From Geosiphon pyriformis uo1 (taxonomy: Eukaryota > Fungi > Glomeromycota), in contig JAAOMT010000445.1 in NCBI GenBank assembly GCA_016748015.1, positions 124,001 through 188,000 on the forward strand: a stretch of 64,000 bases of DNA, written 5' to 3'. Positions 33,178-48,218 of the stretch are shown piece after piece. The number at the start of each line of letters is the position of its first letter. Within the stretch, counting starts at the first letter, position 1. Made by a program: the position numbers and the translations under genes. Below the pieces are notes generated by a model. That model was not told the origin of the DNA. It searched no databases and saw nothing but the letters and a program-made list of their open reading frames with translations.

Positions 33178-36100
33178 CTACACACTTACCAAAACTTTAT
33201 TACCATCATCCAAACCAGAAAAGAACAAACACCTCCTATGTGAATCAAAACTGACTGCAAAAAATTTTATCACACTTAGTATGCAAATGACACTATCAAA
33301 TAGCAGTCTGGGTAGACCACACAGCATAGCAAAATTCTCATCATTATTGTGAACCAGACCAATCTTTTCTATATCAACCCTAAATTTAGATTTTAACAGC
33401 CACAGATAATCACGATGATCATTTGCAAGATGGCAAACAAAATTAACAACAACCAATTGGGCCTTTTTACTGTCACCAAAAATGAAAACAGTCTTACCAA
33501 TCTACTCTTAAAAAACAAAATCCTTGCACAAAACAGTATATATACCGACATCTGAAGCATTTGCAAGTGTAGTCAGCACTGAGAATGAAGCAGGAAGATG
33601 AACCCCTGCCAAAGATTTCCATAAACCAATGTGATCGGCCACAATCTCCAAATATAAAACCAAATCTGCAGAACAAGTAAAAGCATAATCAGAGAATTTG
33701 ATGTCACCACACATTAGACACAAAACACTCGGATAACCAATATCATACAATCTCTTACAGACAGCTACCAGCAACCTACCATGGACAGTTTTCATCAAAT
33801 AAGTGCGTAGGGCAGCTGACTTTCTGTTAGTAAAACCCGCTAGCATATAAGAGTCCAGATGCCAGACAAAAGCAGTACACTCCCAGTCAATGCAATAAAG
33901 ATATGAGCTGGCCAAAACACTCACACTAGAACCAGCTTCCCACAAGACACAGCACACAGTTCTACAAACATCATGAATAAAATGCCGAGCATTACCAGAA
34001 ACCACTAAACCATCTGCCACCAGAAACCTATCATGAACCCCAACCAGAAGAAACAAGCCAAATCAAGATGCAGCATGGACCATAGCATCAGCTTGATCAT
34101 TACCAAACACACCAGAATGCCCCTTTATCTTAATCCACCTTACAATAATGTCTTTCATTTTGATCAAATTAGCAATATGATGTCTTTTTACTCAGCATCT
34201 GTTGCAAAAGTCTGGTCGACCCAACTCACATTCAGATATGCATGCATCCAAAGTCACCTGACTATCAGAATGAATGACAACAGAGCAGGATAATGGAACA
34301 CATTTTAGAGCCACAGCAATTGCCTACAATTCCACTAACGTAAAAGACAACAGACCCTGAACTCTAACATTAATACCCAAATTAATCTCAAAGAAATAGG
34401 CAGCTGCTCCATAAGCCACATCTAATGTGCCCAGGCCACTTAATGAGCCATCAATGAAAATATTCAACTTTCCTGCCCAAACCTCATGTAGGCACTTGTG
34501 AACAAACAAGAAATTATCTGAACAGAAGAGACCAGAACCATCCAATACTCCATTATTGTTTGAATTCATTAGATTACCATACATGTACACACAAGCTTTA
34601 CTAAACTAAACCAGTACTGGATCCCTAAGACTCAACCTCTTCTAGCAACAAAAGGTTTTCCAATCCATAACTTGATCCTGCTTAGTTAGCAAACAATCAC
34701 TAAAGGCAACACCAAAATGTTTCAATAAACAAACCACCTCAAAATAGCAAGAAGCGCCCAGAATCTCAAGCATTGGAAAATGGCCAGACTTATAAAAAGT
34801 GCTGAGTAGTTTGTTAACCAAGGAAACATCTGTATCCAAGAAGATTCTCATAATCCCAGCCAGAAAATTGTTCAGCAGGCAAACTCTTAACTTAACCAGA
34901 TGGCACAAGAGATTCAATAGAATCCAACTCAAAACTTGCAAGTCCAAAGCATGGTGCTCAAACAAACAACTGAGAATCTTAAGAGCATTGGAAAAACTAA
35001 TCACTGAAGCAACCTTGGCTTCAGCTTGTACTTGTTCAAAAGGCTTCAAACTATATAGAGATGGATGATGCAATGCCTTAATAAAGAAATCCTTTGGCAA
35101 AAATGCCTTAGCTTTAAGACCCTTCTTGATCATAATATTCCACTTTTGACACACACTCTTAGCAACAAAACTGAATTGTGTACAATAATATACAATAGGC
35201 TGAAGAACTGCCGAAACCAGATAAGAAAACTGCTTATCCAACACTGTCTTCCTAAGAACCAAATTAAAAAAGAACCTAACATCCGCATGTGTCTTGGCAA
35301 GACTAGGTTTCGAAAGATCCTCTGTAGACAAAAAAATACCAAGATACCTATGAGATTCACTCTTTTTTGCAACGGAAATGAGTTGTCCACTAATGTGCAA
35401 AGAGACATCCTTCACTCTTTGATTAATAAAAATTGCCACAGTTTTGTTGTTGTTAATAGAAATGTTATTTATATCAAAAAATTCACTTGTAATATGTAAA
35501 ATGTACTGTGTCGAGGTCTGGCCATTACTAATCCAGATTGTATTATCAACAAAAGCACCTGCAGCTAAAAAAAATGACATACTACTACTAGATTTAGCTC
35601 TGCCAGACTTTGCCACAAAATTCAAATTGATCTTGTAGCCACATAAATGTTCTTGTCTCTTGACCTCGCACAACAGAGGGTCATAAAAAATCTTCCAGAG
35701 AAGTGGAGAAACACCTCACCTTGATCCAAACCATTGTGAACAATGTAATCATTCAACAAACCAAAATCAGTCATAATCCTATTAATTCTATTCTCATGGA
35801 TATTCCCAAAAAACTTGATAAATCTGCCACACATCTTGATGCACTTCAAACTGGATTTCAAATGATGTCACCCAGCCAAATCATAAGCCTTATATATATC
35901 CTACAGTACCAGCCAAATTTTCTGGTCTTTTTCCAAAGCATCCTCCACAATCGAGCCAACAGCAAACATTGGGGACTGAGTTAAAGTACCTTTTAGTACA
36001 GAAAAATTGTCATCATAAAGAATGTCAAATCTGTTGTAGACTGAGAAAATCCAATCTGACAAAATCTTGGACAAAATTTTTTTTGCTGTCTCAATCAGGG

Positions 36101-37856
36101 CAATTGGCCTGGTGTTAATCAGAATGCCATCCCATTCATAGGGCTTGGGGATCATAAAAACCCAAACTCTCTTCCACAAATCAAGTACATCACCTACTTT
36201 CAAGCAAGAATTTAGTAAATCAAGAAGACAAGCCAACACTTCAGTATTACCATGCTTTCACAACTCATTAGTTATATTGAAAAGACCAGCAGCTTTGCCA
36301 TTGGGCAGCCCACTGATCACTTAAAACAACTCACTTAAGCTAATATTACTCATTACACTTAAGAAGGCATCATTATTTACATGATTTAAAGGAGCATACT
36401 AATGAGCCCACAAACCAGATAAAGCCAAAAGAATCATTTGCCTGTGGGTCCAGTCCACCATGATTTTATCCACCTTAGACCAAACTTCTACGGGATCCAA
36501 AATCAACTCATCATTAACTACTAAATGATTTAACACAACTTTGCGAAAAAGACACTCCAAAACACTCCTAATCATCTTACTCTTATTAGAATTAAAGCTC
36601 TCCATATGTTTCTTAATCATGTCTTTAATGTGTTTGCATCTAGCCAACTCAGTCTCATGATATTTGGATTTCCAATAACATTTCTTAGTCTTTAACAAAA
36701 GACTGCACAGCTCATGTAATCTCGAACCATTCTCAAGCAAAACAGCAACCTCTGAGGCCTTAACAGCATCAAGAGTTGACCAAACCTGAACAAGATGCTC
36801 TACCTCTACCAATTTACCTGAACATAAACCCTTAGTAATTTTGGCAACCAAAGATTCTAGCTTAAAAAACTTTGAAAATTGTTTGTTTTTAAGACAATCA
36901 AATTCACAGAACCAATGTTTGAAGAAAGTTTCATCAGCCAAATCACAAACAGCACTTCTCAACACCTTCCATATTTCATCCAGATCCCCTTTTCCTTTCG
37001 ATACCAAAAAAATATTTAAAAGCAAAGACAACCTGACCAAAGAGCAATCTCTGAAGTGACCCCATTTAACAGCATCCACATCTTTAATCTTATACTTCCA
37101 GTGGTCTTTATTAGTCTGCTTGCGAATACCATTCAAATGAGCATTAACCAAGCTCTCCAACCCAACTGAGATTCCAACCATATTATGATCAGTATCAAAA
37201 AATTCAGACACAAAGGTAACACTATGGCCAACAACAGCTGAAAAAAGAACCTCATTCATGAAAACATAATCAATAGTTTTTTCAACCCCCTGGGAATTTC
37301 TTCAAGTAGGTGACTTACTCAGAAAGTGGCCACCCAATGAGTTGACCAACTCCAAATCTGAACATTTCCTAAAACTAGCATATTTTCTAGCACTGTCTTT
37401 ATTGAAATCTTCATCAATAATTACAAAAGAACTGGTATTAACTGCCTTAGAGATGAATGAATTAACATTGAAAGCCTGAGCAAAACGTGTTTTGGCAGAA
37501 GCACCAGCATACAAATCCAGAAAAATAACCAAAAGCTTGTTCTTAAACAACAGATGAACAGAAATGACCTGACCAGAAACTTCTTCAATCTTCAAAACAT
37601 GTTGAGCCAAGAAACTATCCAGAACCACAGCCACATCTGCACCAAGAAAACTCTCTTCCAGACCAGACATAAAAATTCTGACATCTTCAAACTTGTCTTT
37701 AATCCAAGGACCAGCACTTGCTTTTAATTTAGTCTTAGTGAGAAAAAAAACCATGTTATCAGAGTTAAGATGCCAATGAACAATGTTCTTTTACTTCTCT
37801 GAATTAGTTATGCTCCTAACATTACAAGATGCCACTTTTCAAACTAGACTGGTTAT
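33178..37856 (-). pseudogene. LINE-3 ORF2 (APE-RT-RNase H-Zn finger)
   Basis: ORF track pieces 37302-37754, 36399-37259, 35901-36239, 34642-35673, 34324-34590, 33508-34056, 33178-33456. Confidence 0.9.
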
Positions 37857-37978
37857 TGGGAGGAAGAAAGCAATAATGAATTTGAACCAGAACACAAAAG
37901 ATTCAACTTAACCAAGACAAAACTGACAGACACTTCTAGAGCTGACATCTTAGATTCCAAACCATCCACTTTGGACAT

Positions 37979-38832
37979 TGTTACTTATAGAATATAGGAA
38001 GTATAGTATTATTAGTCAGTAGATATTAGCCAATCAGAAGTAGACGCAGTAAATATGGAATTCCAGGATTTCTTTTAGAGGAATTACAGGATTCCAGGAA
38101 TTTCAGGATTCTTCGGTGAGTAATTGCAAGATTCCAGAATTCTAGGATTCCTCTTATCAGGAATTGCAGGATTCCAGGAATTCCAGAATTCCTGTCACAA
38201 GGAATAGAAAAATTGAGAAATTTCAAATATGTATATATAACAGTAGTATTAGAAGCAGAAAAGACAGAATTGATATGACAGAATTCTTAGCATAGAAACA
38301 CAATCATCTAATAAATAATTATTTCATACTACCAAACCTTTTTCCATTATCAACATTTCATGTTAATAATAATTCATATTTAACCCTACTGGAACAATAG
38401 CTTTTGATCATGGCTATTGACGGGCTACTAATCTACAAATTGCCTTGGCTTATTTTTTTATATTTCATTATTTTCTTTAGTTTCTGTGATTTTTATTATT
38501 GTATACTAACCAATTGATTAAAAGTGCTGATTATTGATGTTAAGAATTGCCTGGTAAAAGACTCCTGCAAATGGGTAGAACATGTACAGAAGATACAGAT
38601 TACTTATCAAAGAATTGCTGGCCACCAAGCCGAAAAAAAAATTAACAGACTTGTGAATCTGAGAAGCTACAGATAAAACAACTATTGAATCTCTATCCAT
38701 TATACAAAAGACTCATTTGAAAAACCTTTAGATACCAATCACTTAAAATTATTATCAACAATGTAAATAGCTTTTGAGCACCAAGTTACAGGTTTGTTAT
38801 TCACTTGACACCCCAAATAATCACCTGTAACA
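37979..38832 (+). repeat. 5' LTR of C
   Basis: tgttac...tgtaaca; GGAATTCC-type U3 array ~38055-38195. Confidence 0.95.
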
Positions 38833-38852
38833 TTTGGTGCTTTCTGTGAAAT

Positions 38853-41800
38853 CTAATCTTACAGAGAACCAACACCAACAAACACCATCCAAAAGTAACA
38901 GAATCAGAAAATATAGAAGCAAACCATTTAGAATTTGCAAAATCTTTATTTCAATACTATTGTCAATACTTGGGATTAAACCCCAATCATATATCCACCG
39001 AATCAGCCTTTAATTTCTATGTCAACAAAAAGATTTCTTTTTTGTTAGGAACACCAGTGAATATGGAATCAGCAAGAGAAACTTTCTACAGAAAATTAAT
39101 TCAAAACACCAACCTACCAACAAATTATAATTTCGCATTCATTATCACTGAGATCAATAAAGAAATTGAACATCACATCCAACAAAGATATCCAATTACA
39201 TACACTAGTAAAGACAAAAAAAAACTACAAACACCAGCAGTAACTCCCAAAAAAATACAACTACCTACTTAAAAGAAGACAAGGGTTGAATCACCAACCA
39301 ATCCATCTTATCACTATATACCCAAAAGTGCCATCAACATTTTATCAACAGGCACGTCCACATCAAATGTGACATTAGCATTTGAATGATTCTCATTCCA
39401 AAGTAACCAAAGGAAAACAGAATTATTAGGACCATATAGTGAATACTTTGAAGGATTTAAATTGCAATCACCAATGCCCTCAGGAATTTGATTACCGCCG
39501 CCTCAACCAGACTTTGGAACTGCTACCCTGTGAGAACTATCTGAAGAAGAAGAGAAAAAAGAATTGAAAGATCAAGAATTTACTTACCAGAACCCAATCA
39601 CTAAAAACTCGGAAGTTGAAACACTGAATCTTCAAACTCAGCAAAATTTAAATTTAAAAAACCCGAAAATCAAAACTCTGAATATTCAACCACCACCAAA
39701 TCAGAACAATCAGAACCCCAATCTAATTAATCAACTGGACTTACTTCCTGTTATTGTCATTAACTCACCACCAGTTGAACTGATTGGCCAGCCACCACAA
39801 CAATCACACCAGCAGATTCAACAACCACTAGTACCATTTCAACAACCACTGCAACCCAACTTAGATCCAATGGCATATGCACCAATAGCCAAACTCGAGA
39901 AATTCACTGGCAAAGAAGACGATGCTCAAGCCTGGATCAATGACATTGCCAAAGCAATCACTACGAATAACTGGGATGATGCCAGAACCATGCAAGTCAT
40001 CCCCTATTTTCTTAAAGACACGACAGACTCTTGGTATTACAGTCTAGCCCAGAAACCTCAAAACTTTAATGCCTTCAAATTAGAATTTTTGAGGTATTTT
40101 AGTGATAACAACAGCATTAACCACTTGGCAAGTACTTTCACCACCATTAAACAAAGAGACACAGAAGCAGTCACCACTTACTTGGGACACTTTCATAAAA
40201 ATCTGCATCAAATTCAGGCAATTCAAGCTGACTACTTTACAGTGCCACAGATCTTAAACCAATTCATTCGAGGATTGCGCAGCAGCATTTTTTAGCAAGT
40301 ACATTTAATGCATCCAGTTGATCTCCCAACCGCCATGACTCATGCCAGAGATTTTGAAGCTGCCGAATTAGAAGCTAACCATGCCCAAGCTATGAATTTA
40401 GTAATGAATGGATCATCTAACCTGGATTCCAAGCTAAAACAATTCAGTGACAACATCAATCAGAAATTAGAGAGTTACTTAGCTGACAATTGTGCAATTT
40501 ATCAGCCACTCCAATGACGTAATAATTTAGGAAACGCAAATTATTTCCAGAATTAATCACATCCAAGATCATCTACTAATCAGTCATGACAGCCAGAAAC
40601 ACATGTCTGCTACAACTGTGGTAAACAAGGACATATTAGGACAAACTGCCATACTTATAACAACCCATGATTAGGAAATCATTATCGAAACCCTGATTGC
40701 TGGTTTCAAACTCCGAATCACCAATTCAATCAAGAGCAATATCAAAATGCTTACCTGTCTATGACATAGCAACCAATTTATCAGCCAACAGTATATCAAC
40801 TGTCAATTTATCAGCCACAGCCACCAACAATTTATCAACCACAGCCACAAGTCATTTATCAACTGCAGCCTCAAGTAATTTATCAATCCCAACAAGTTTA
40901 AACGCCGCACCAAAATTCAGCTATGATGACGTCAGGAAACCCGAAATCCAGAATCACCCAAAACTGGAGATCAGCAATGGTTGTTCATTAACTGATCCCC
41001 AGTTCATCAGGCCAACAATCAGGATCTCGTCAGTGAGATTTGGGTATTGGTTCCACTCAAAACCCGAATTTCCAGAACTATTTAAGTCTCTTAGTTATCC
41101 CAGAAGATGTCACCTCCAACAACCCAGAACTCGATCAACAACCAACAATACTTACCAACAACATCTCACTAGCAATCATTACCAACAATGAATTATTAAC
41201 AGCCATTTTTCTATTTAAACTCAAGGAAGTTATGTCAGTTCCCTTATTCAGTAGAGCAGCTCTGGAAGAAAAATCCATTACTGCCATGTACACTGATGCA
41301 AAAGTTAATGGCCATTCCATCAAATTAATTCTTAACAGTGGTTCAGCAGGCCGCATCATCACATGACAACTCATGGATTAATTAGGTTGCTGAGTTGATT
41401 AAGCTGCCAGCACTAGAATCATTACTGCTGATAGCACCATGAAAACACCTATTGGTAAAATCAATGACTTCCCAATTGAAGTTAATGACATCATTACTCC
41501 TATCAAAGTCTTGGTAATAGAAGCAACCCAATACCAAGCACTAGTGGACAATGATTGGTTGTCTAAAAACAATGCTGTCCTCGACTGGACCACACAGGAG
41601 CTCCAGCTCAGCCAAAATGGCCAGCACACACGAGTACTAACAATGTGTGGCCATTTCAAACCTAACAACATCACAACATCAGTGTTGCTTATCAATCTTG
41701 AGGAGAAAAAACTAAAGCCTACTTGGAAGGCATACCAAGTATTGTGAGCTGACGTTGACCACAATAAACTGCCACCAATACTCGCCTAAGATGACGATAA

Positions 41801-44800
41801 CAATGGAAAGGAAGAACAAGGAAAAGAACCTATCTGTGGAACCACTATTGACGCTTAGACTGATGACAAAGACTACCATGAGCTAACACCAATACTATCA
41901 TGGGACAACAACCCCAAAGGAAAGCAAAGAGAGGAACTTATCTGAGAAACGGATGACCTGACCTGAACCAACAATGATGAAAGGGAACTGACACCAAGCT
42001 GAGAATGGGAAAAAAGCAACAAAGGGAAAGGAAAAGCAAAAAAAGAAAAGCCACTGCCAACAAACCTGTATATCTCTTATCAATACACAACACCACAACA
42101 ATTCACCTATCGCTGACCCAAACTAATGTGCATTGATTGTGGCAAGAAATTGTCGTCAATAGGCACATGCTGTGACAATGACAAAGAATATCAGACAGCA
42201 ACCAAGTTCTATTGCCACGCATGCCTCGTCAAATGCTTTGAAAGACCAAAATGAGTGGGAAAATGGGATAATACACTATGTTTAGCCTGTGGAGAAACTC
42301 TTCTCGATGAAGGAATGTGGAACAACATTCCTGAGAGAAAAGGAATGTGTGATGTTTTCTGCCAATACACGATCCTCATCAGTGACTGGGTCGAGAAAGA
42401 GACACCAATAGAAGCCGCCTGGAGAAGAGCTGTACAGCAATTGAACAGTTGTTCACATGACAACGATGAATTATGGCAGATGGCAATTGCCAAAATTGAA
42501 GGTGCATCGCTAGAAGAAATCAGGACAATTAAAAACAATCCACTAGAACCCATTGAGCTTGACTGGGACGCAGAGCCAGTTATAAATATCCTGGAACCAG
42601 AAGAGTTCCATGAACATTACCAAAACTTGGTATTCACTAAAGAGAAACAAGAACAATGGCTAGCACAGTTGAATACAAGACTGTGTTATCATTATTTAAT
42701 TCCCAGTGATTTTAAATATTGTGACAATTGTGACCTCATTTACAATCCACCACCACACATGATCTACACGATTCCCAAAGAGAAAGAACCAATTAGCAGC
42801 TGCACATTAGAATCGGAATCACCGTTTGATCCTAATTCAAATTCTGACAACAACAACGACAAGAATAACGATTCTAGCTCTGTTCAAAATGGCAATGACA
42901 ATGACAATGATATCAACTCAGATTCAAACTCCGACTCAACCTATAAACAATATATCACACTTTCTGACCTCACCAAAGAACAAGAGCTGAAATGGTTTAG
43001 CAATGATAATGAAGGTATTATGCCAGAACACGCATATGATACTGATGCCAGATTTGACTTGAGATATTCAGGAAAAGATGCCATCAAATTGGAACCACAT
43101 TCATGCACCTGCATTGATCTGAAAATAATGCTAGAAATTCCAGCAACAACAATGGTTCAATTAGCATCCTGGAGTAGTTTAGCAAAAAGAGGAATTAATA
43201 TAAGAGGAGAAATAATTAACGTGGGATATGTAAAAAATATTATTGTTATGCTACAAAATGACTCAGAAAAGGCCTATATAATAGAGCCAAACAAAAAGAT
43301 AGCACAGGCAATATTTTTATCTTTGGTTAAGATAGCTTAGTTAGTACCAGTGAGAAATAGGAAAGAGTTAAGAATAACAGCAAGAGGAATACAGGGATTT
43401 GGGTCAATGAGTAGAATAGATATACCAGTTAATATGGCGGAGAAAGAAATTGTTGGCCAAGGAGAAATTATCTCAACTGGTCAAACTATTTCTATTCTAC
43501 TATATAGCCAGTACATACTAGCAATAGAAAGGAAGAAAAAAGAGCAAGAACAGATTTTTGAGGCTGAAGCAAATCTTTGTAAATCAGGAGAGATTGGACT
43601 GATTAATTTCTACGTACCAGCCAAAAGCTATAGCTGCATAAAAATTCCCATCTACAACAACACTGACAATGTTATCAACATATCAGGAGGAATCACCATC
43701 AGATATTTAAACACAAAAATAGAAGACCAAACCACAAACTCCATTCCAGACTTTCCACAACTTTGTGGATATGTCGACATCACATCACAAACAATCTATG
43801 GACAAAACAAATGTTATTTGCTCTAACCAGAACAATTAGAACAAATGAACATAGGAAATCTGGACCCACTACAACATATGCAGCTCAAAATATTACTCAA
43901 CAATTTCAATAACATCTTTGCCAGCAAAAACGAATTTGGCAGAACTGATATCATCCAACATCAAATCAAGACTGGAGATACAATACCAATCAAACAGCAA
44001 GCATACAGGGTACCACCAGCCAGTCATGAAATCATTTGTCAAGAGATCAATCAAATACTTGACAATGTGCTAATCCAGCCATCTATGAGCCCATGGTCAT
44101 CACCAATGGTACTTGTCTAGAAAAAGAATGAAAAAATCCACTTTTGTGTAGATTATAGAAAACTCAATAGAGTAATTCATGGAGATAGCTACTTCACTCC
44201 ACAAATCCAAGAATTATTTGATGCTTTCAGTAGAAACAAATGGTTTTCAACATTAAACCTGGACAGTGGTTACTAGCAAGTAGCCATGAATTCAGCTGAC
44301 AAAGAAAAGACGGCATTTACCACCAGAGAAGGGAATTTTGAATTTGAAGTAATACCATTTGGCTTAACCAATGCACCAGCCACTTTCCAATGGCTAATGG
44401 AAATTGTTTATACCAGCTTATTGTAGAAATCAGTAGTTGTATATTTGGATGACACCAATGTATTCTCAAAAACGTTTGATGATCATCTTCATTATCTTTA
44501 ACAAGTGTTCAAAAGACTAAGAAGAGCAGGACTAAAGTTAAATGCAACAAAGTGCTTCTTTGGCAAGACAGAACTAAAATTCTTGGGACACATAGTCAGC
44601 AAAGACAGCATCAAAACAGATCCAGAGAAAATAGAGATAGTAAAGAACTTTCCAGTGCTGACCAATATGACAGAACTGAAATCATTCTTGGAATTTGCCA
44701 GCTACTATCAACATTTTATCAAGAACTTTTCCAAGATAGTGCAGCCACTTAACCAACTGCAAACCAAGAATACAAAATATGAATGGACAGAAAGTCAACA

Positions 44801-45244
44801 AGAAGCTTTTGATATTCTGAAAAGAAAACTCATTCAAGCTCCAATACTGATCTATCCAGATCACAGCAAACTATTCATCATCACCACCGATGCATCTGGC
44901 CAGACATTGGGAGCAGTATTATCTCAGAGAAGACCAGATGGCAGAGAACATCCAATAGCATATGCCAGCAGAGGTTTAATGCCAGCCAAAAAGAACTATG
45001 AAACACTGGAACAAGAACACTTAGCAATATACTGGGCAGTTATGAAATGAAAAGAATACTTGAGCCAGAAGTTTGAAGTATACACAGATCACAGGAGATT
45101 AACATCACTTCAAAAACAAAAATTTGGAGATGGAAGACAGTCAAAATGGAAAATGGCATTCACACCATATAATTATACTATACATTATAAAAAAAAAAAG
45201 ACAACTGAAATGCTGATAGTTTGTCACAAATAAAACAAATCTAA
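38853..45244 (+). pseudogene. C gag-pol (gag, CCHC, PR ~41285-41660, Cys-rich insert ~42110-42760, dUTPase ~42990-43410, RT, RNase H)
   Basis: One frame throughout apart from a slip in the A-run near 45190; CYNCGKQGHIRTNC; ILNSGS; YLDD at ~44441. Confidence 0.92.
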
Positions 45245-45289
45245 AAACATTTTAACCCAAAAATATAACAAAACCAGCACAATACCAAT

Positions 45290-46663
45290 GAAAAATATCA
45301 ACAACTTTAACATTATATAAACACTCAACAGTTCAAGGAGAATTTATCTCAAATGGAACAAAAAAGTATCAAACAACAATCAAAATATTTTATCACTCAC
45401 CAAAATATACTTTATCAGAAAAATAGAAAAGATCCAGATCAACCAACCAGAGTAATTACAGAGCCAGAAAAAGAGACAATATTATTCAACATGCACTTAA
45501 ATCCAACAGCAGGACATTTTCACAAAGAAGCAACCATGGAAAGAACCAGAAAAAGATACTATTGGTCATCAATGTATCCAGACATCATCCAATATGTCCA
45601 AAATTGTGATGCATATTAGCAAAGAGAAAGTACAAAATCCAGTAAACCATTAAGACCAATCAAAGTAGGACAACCATTTGACCATATTGGAATTGATTTA
45701 GTCAGATCATTAACCATCATCAGCAGAGGAAACAGGTACATAGAAGTAGCCATAGACTATCTTACTAAATGGCCAGAGGCAAAAGCAATTCAAAGAGCGG
45801 ATGCAGAATCTGTTGCCAAATTTGTTCATCAAGATTTAATTTGTTGACATGGATGTCCAAAGAAATTATTATCAGACCAAGGAACTTATTTTGTGAACAG
45901 AACATTAACAGAATTGAGCCAAAGATTCGGAATTAAGAAACCACTATCATTACCATACCATTCACAAACCAATGAATTAGTCGAAAGATTCAATAAAACA
46001 TTGTGTGAAGTAATAGCTAAACTCAGCCAAAAAAACCAGAACGATTGGGATTTGTTAATACCATCAGTACTATTTGCTTATTGGACAATGAAGCAAGATA
46101 TTACACAAGCAACACCATTTGAATTAGTATATAGTAGAACAGCAATACTACCAGTGGAAATAGAAGTCAGCACATACCCAACTAAACTAATAACAAAAGA
46201 AAATTTCAAAAACACATTGTTGAAAAGAACATATGACTTAATGGAAACATTAGAAAACAAATAAAGAAGAGCAGCTGATAACATACAAAGGTCACAAGAG
46301 AAACAAAAAGAAAGACATAATAATCAACTACCAGATAAACCAGTTGAATTCAGGATTGGAGACAAAGTACTACTATATTGTACCAAAGTAGAAAAACAAT
46401 AGAGTGGAAAATTTGACCCCAAATGGAACGGACCATTTCACATAGAAGAAATTCTAGGAAATGGAGCTTATAAATTAAGACTGGATAACAAAATCTTAAC
46501 CAAAGCAGCACATGGAGATCGACTGAAACCATACCACAACATCACACCACTCTCTACCAGTAATATTCTACAATTAGGAGTACAGAGAATACTAGTCCAA
46601 CCAGATGAGATTCCATAAGATCTGGAATCAATCATTATTATTAACAACAACACATAAAAGTGA
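45290..46663 (+). pseudogene. C integrase
   Basis: MHLNPTAGH..CDA(C), IGIDL, SDQG, ERFN, WNGPF. Confidence 0.92.
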
Positions 46664-46687
46664 TCCACCAAAAGAATATATAAAGAT

Positions 46688-47347
46688 ATGGTTAACACAA
46701 TAAAAGATACCAGAAAAATAGAGATTACTGACAACATCCATTCATTAGCACAACAAATTTTTCAATTAATCCAACACCAGGAGATAGAAATTACAATCAA
46801 TCAACAAACCATTTGATACAAAAGTACTACAAGGATACCACAACACAAAGCACAAAGAAAACTCGAAAATGTTGTTGACAGGATCATGACCAAAGTAAAA
46901 TTGGCCATAAAAGAACAACAAATAGTCGAATTACACCAAAAACTTACCAAAGAAACTTGGACTTAGTGGATGCAACAATTTCTGAAAAACTATTGCCATT
47001 TCCACTTGGAACAACATGTAAATATCCAAAATTTATATACTGACAAAACAAAACAGTTATTTGATACAACAATACTAAGACAACTGGAACAATTTGTGGG
47101 AAAGAACAATCTAATCACACAAGCTTGAGCCATTTATCAGCTATACATGAAATTTCAAGACTGACCAGAAATTTTACTCAACACAGCAATGAATACAATT
47201 ACGAGTAATCAATTGGGAAAAATGACCAATGCCCAATTTGAAAAACTACAAATTTAAATAACACAAGTAATACTCGAAAAAGAAGTTCAAGAAATAATTC
47301 AAGAAGGAGAATTAAAGGAATTAGATTTTGACAGAGCTCAATATTAA
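46688..47347 (+). pseudogene. C extra 3' ORF (ORF3)
   Basis: 660 bp, MVNTIKDTRKIEI...ELDFDRAQY*, homologous to 21324-21983. Confidence 0.8.
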
Positions 47348-47360
47348 AAGGAGGAAATAA

Positions 47361-48214
47361 TATTACTTATAGAATATAGGAAGTATAGTATTATTAGTCA
47401 GTAGATATTAGCCAATCAGAAGTAGACACAGTAAATGTGGAATTTCAGGATTTTTTTTAGAGGAATTACAGGATTCCAAAAATTTCAGGATTCTCTGGCA
47501 AGGAATTGCAAAATTCCAGAATTCCAGGATTCCTCTCATCAGGAATTGCAGGATTTCAAGAATTCCAGGATTCCTGTCACAAGGAATAAAAAAATTGAGA
47601 AATCTTAAATATGTATATATAACAGTAGTGTTAGAAGCAGAAAAGACAGAATCAATATGACAGAATTCTTAGCATAAAAACACAATCATCTAATAAATAA
47701 TTATTCTATACTACCAAACCTCTTTCTATTATCAACATCTTATGTTGATAATAATTCATATTTAACCCTACTAGAACAATAGCTCTTGATCATAGCTACT
47801 AACAAGATACTAATCTACAAATCACCTTGGCTTATTTCTTTATATTTTGTTATTTTTTTTAGTTTCTGTGATTTTTGTTATTGTACACTTACCAATTGAT
47901 TAAAAGTGCTGATTATTAATGTCAAGAATTGCCTGGTAAAAGACCCCTGTGAGTGGGTAGAACACGTACAAAAGATATGGATTATTTACCAGAGGATTGC
48001 TGGCCACCAAGCCGAGAAAAGAATTGACAGACTTGTGAGTCTGGGAAGCTATGGATAAAACAATTATTGAATCTCTATCTATTATACAAAAAACTCATTT
48101 GGAAAACCTTCAGATACCAACCACTTAAAATTATTATCAACAATGCGAATAGCTTTTGAGCACCAAGTTACGGGTTTGTTATTCACTTGACACCTCAAAT
48201 AATCACCTATAACA
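47361..48214 (+). repeat. 3' LTR of C
   Basis: 854-bp direct repeat of 37979-38832. Confidence 0.95.
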
Positions 48215-48218
48215 ACGT

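Larger units (their letters stand above)
37979..48214 (+). mobile_element. Element C: full-length degenerate Ty3/Gypsy LTR retrotransposon with dUTPase (10,236 bp), sister of A
   Basis: Two 854-bp LTRs (37979-38832, 47361-48214), PBS 38835, PPT 47346-47360, TSD ACAT (37975-78)/ACGT (48215-18). Confidence 0.97.
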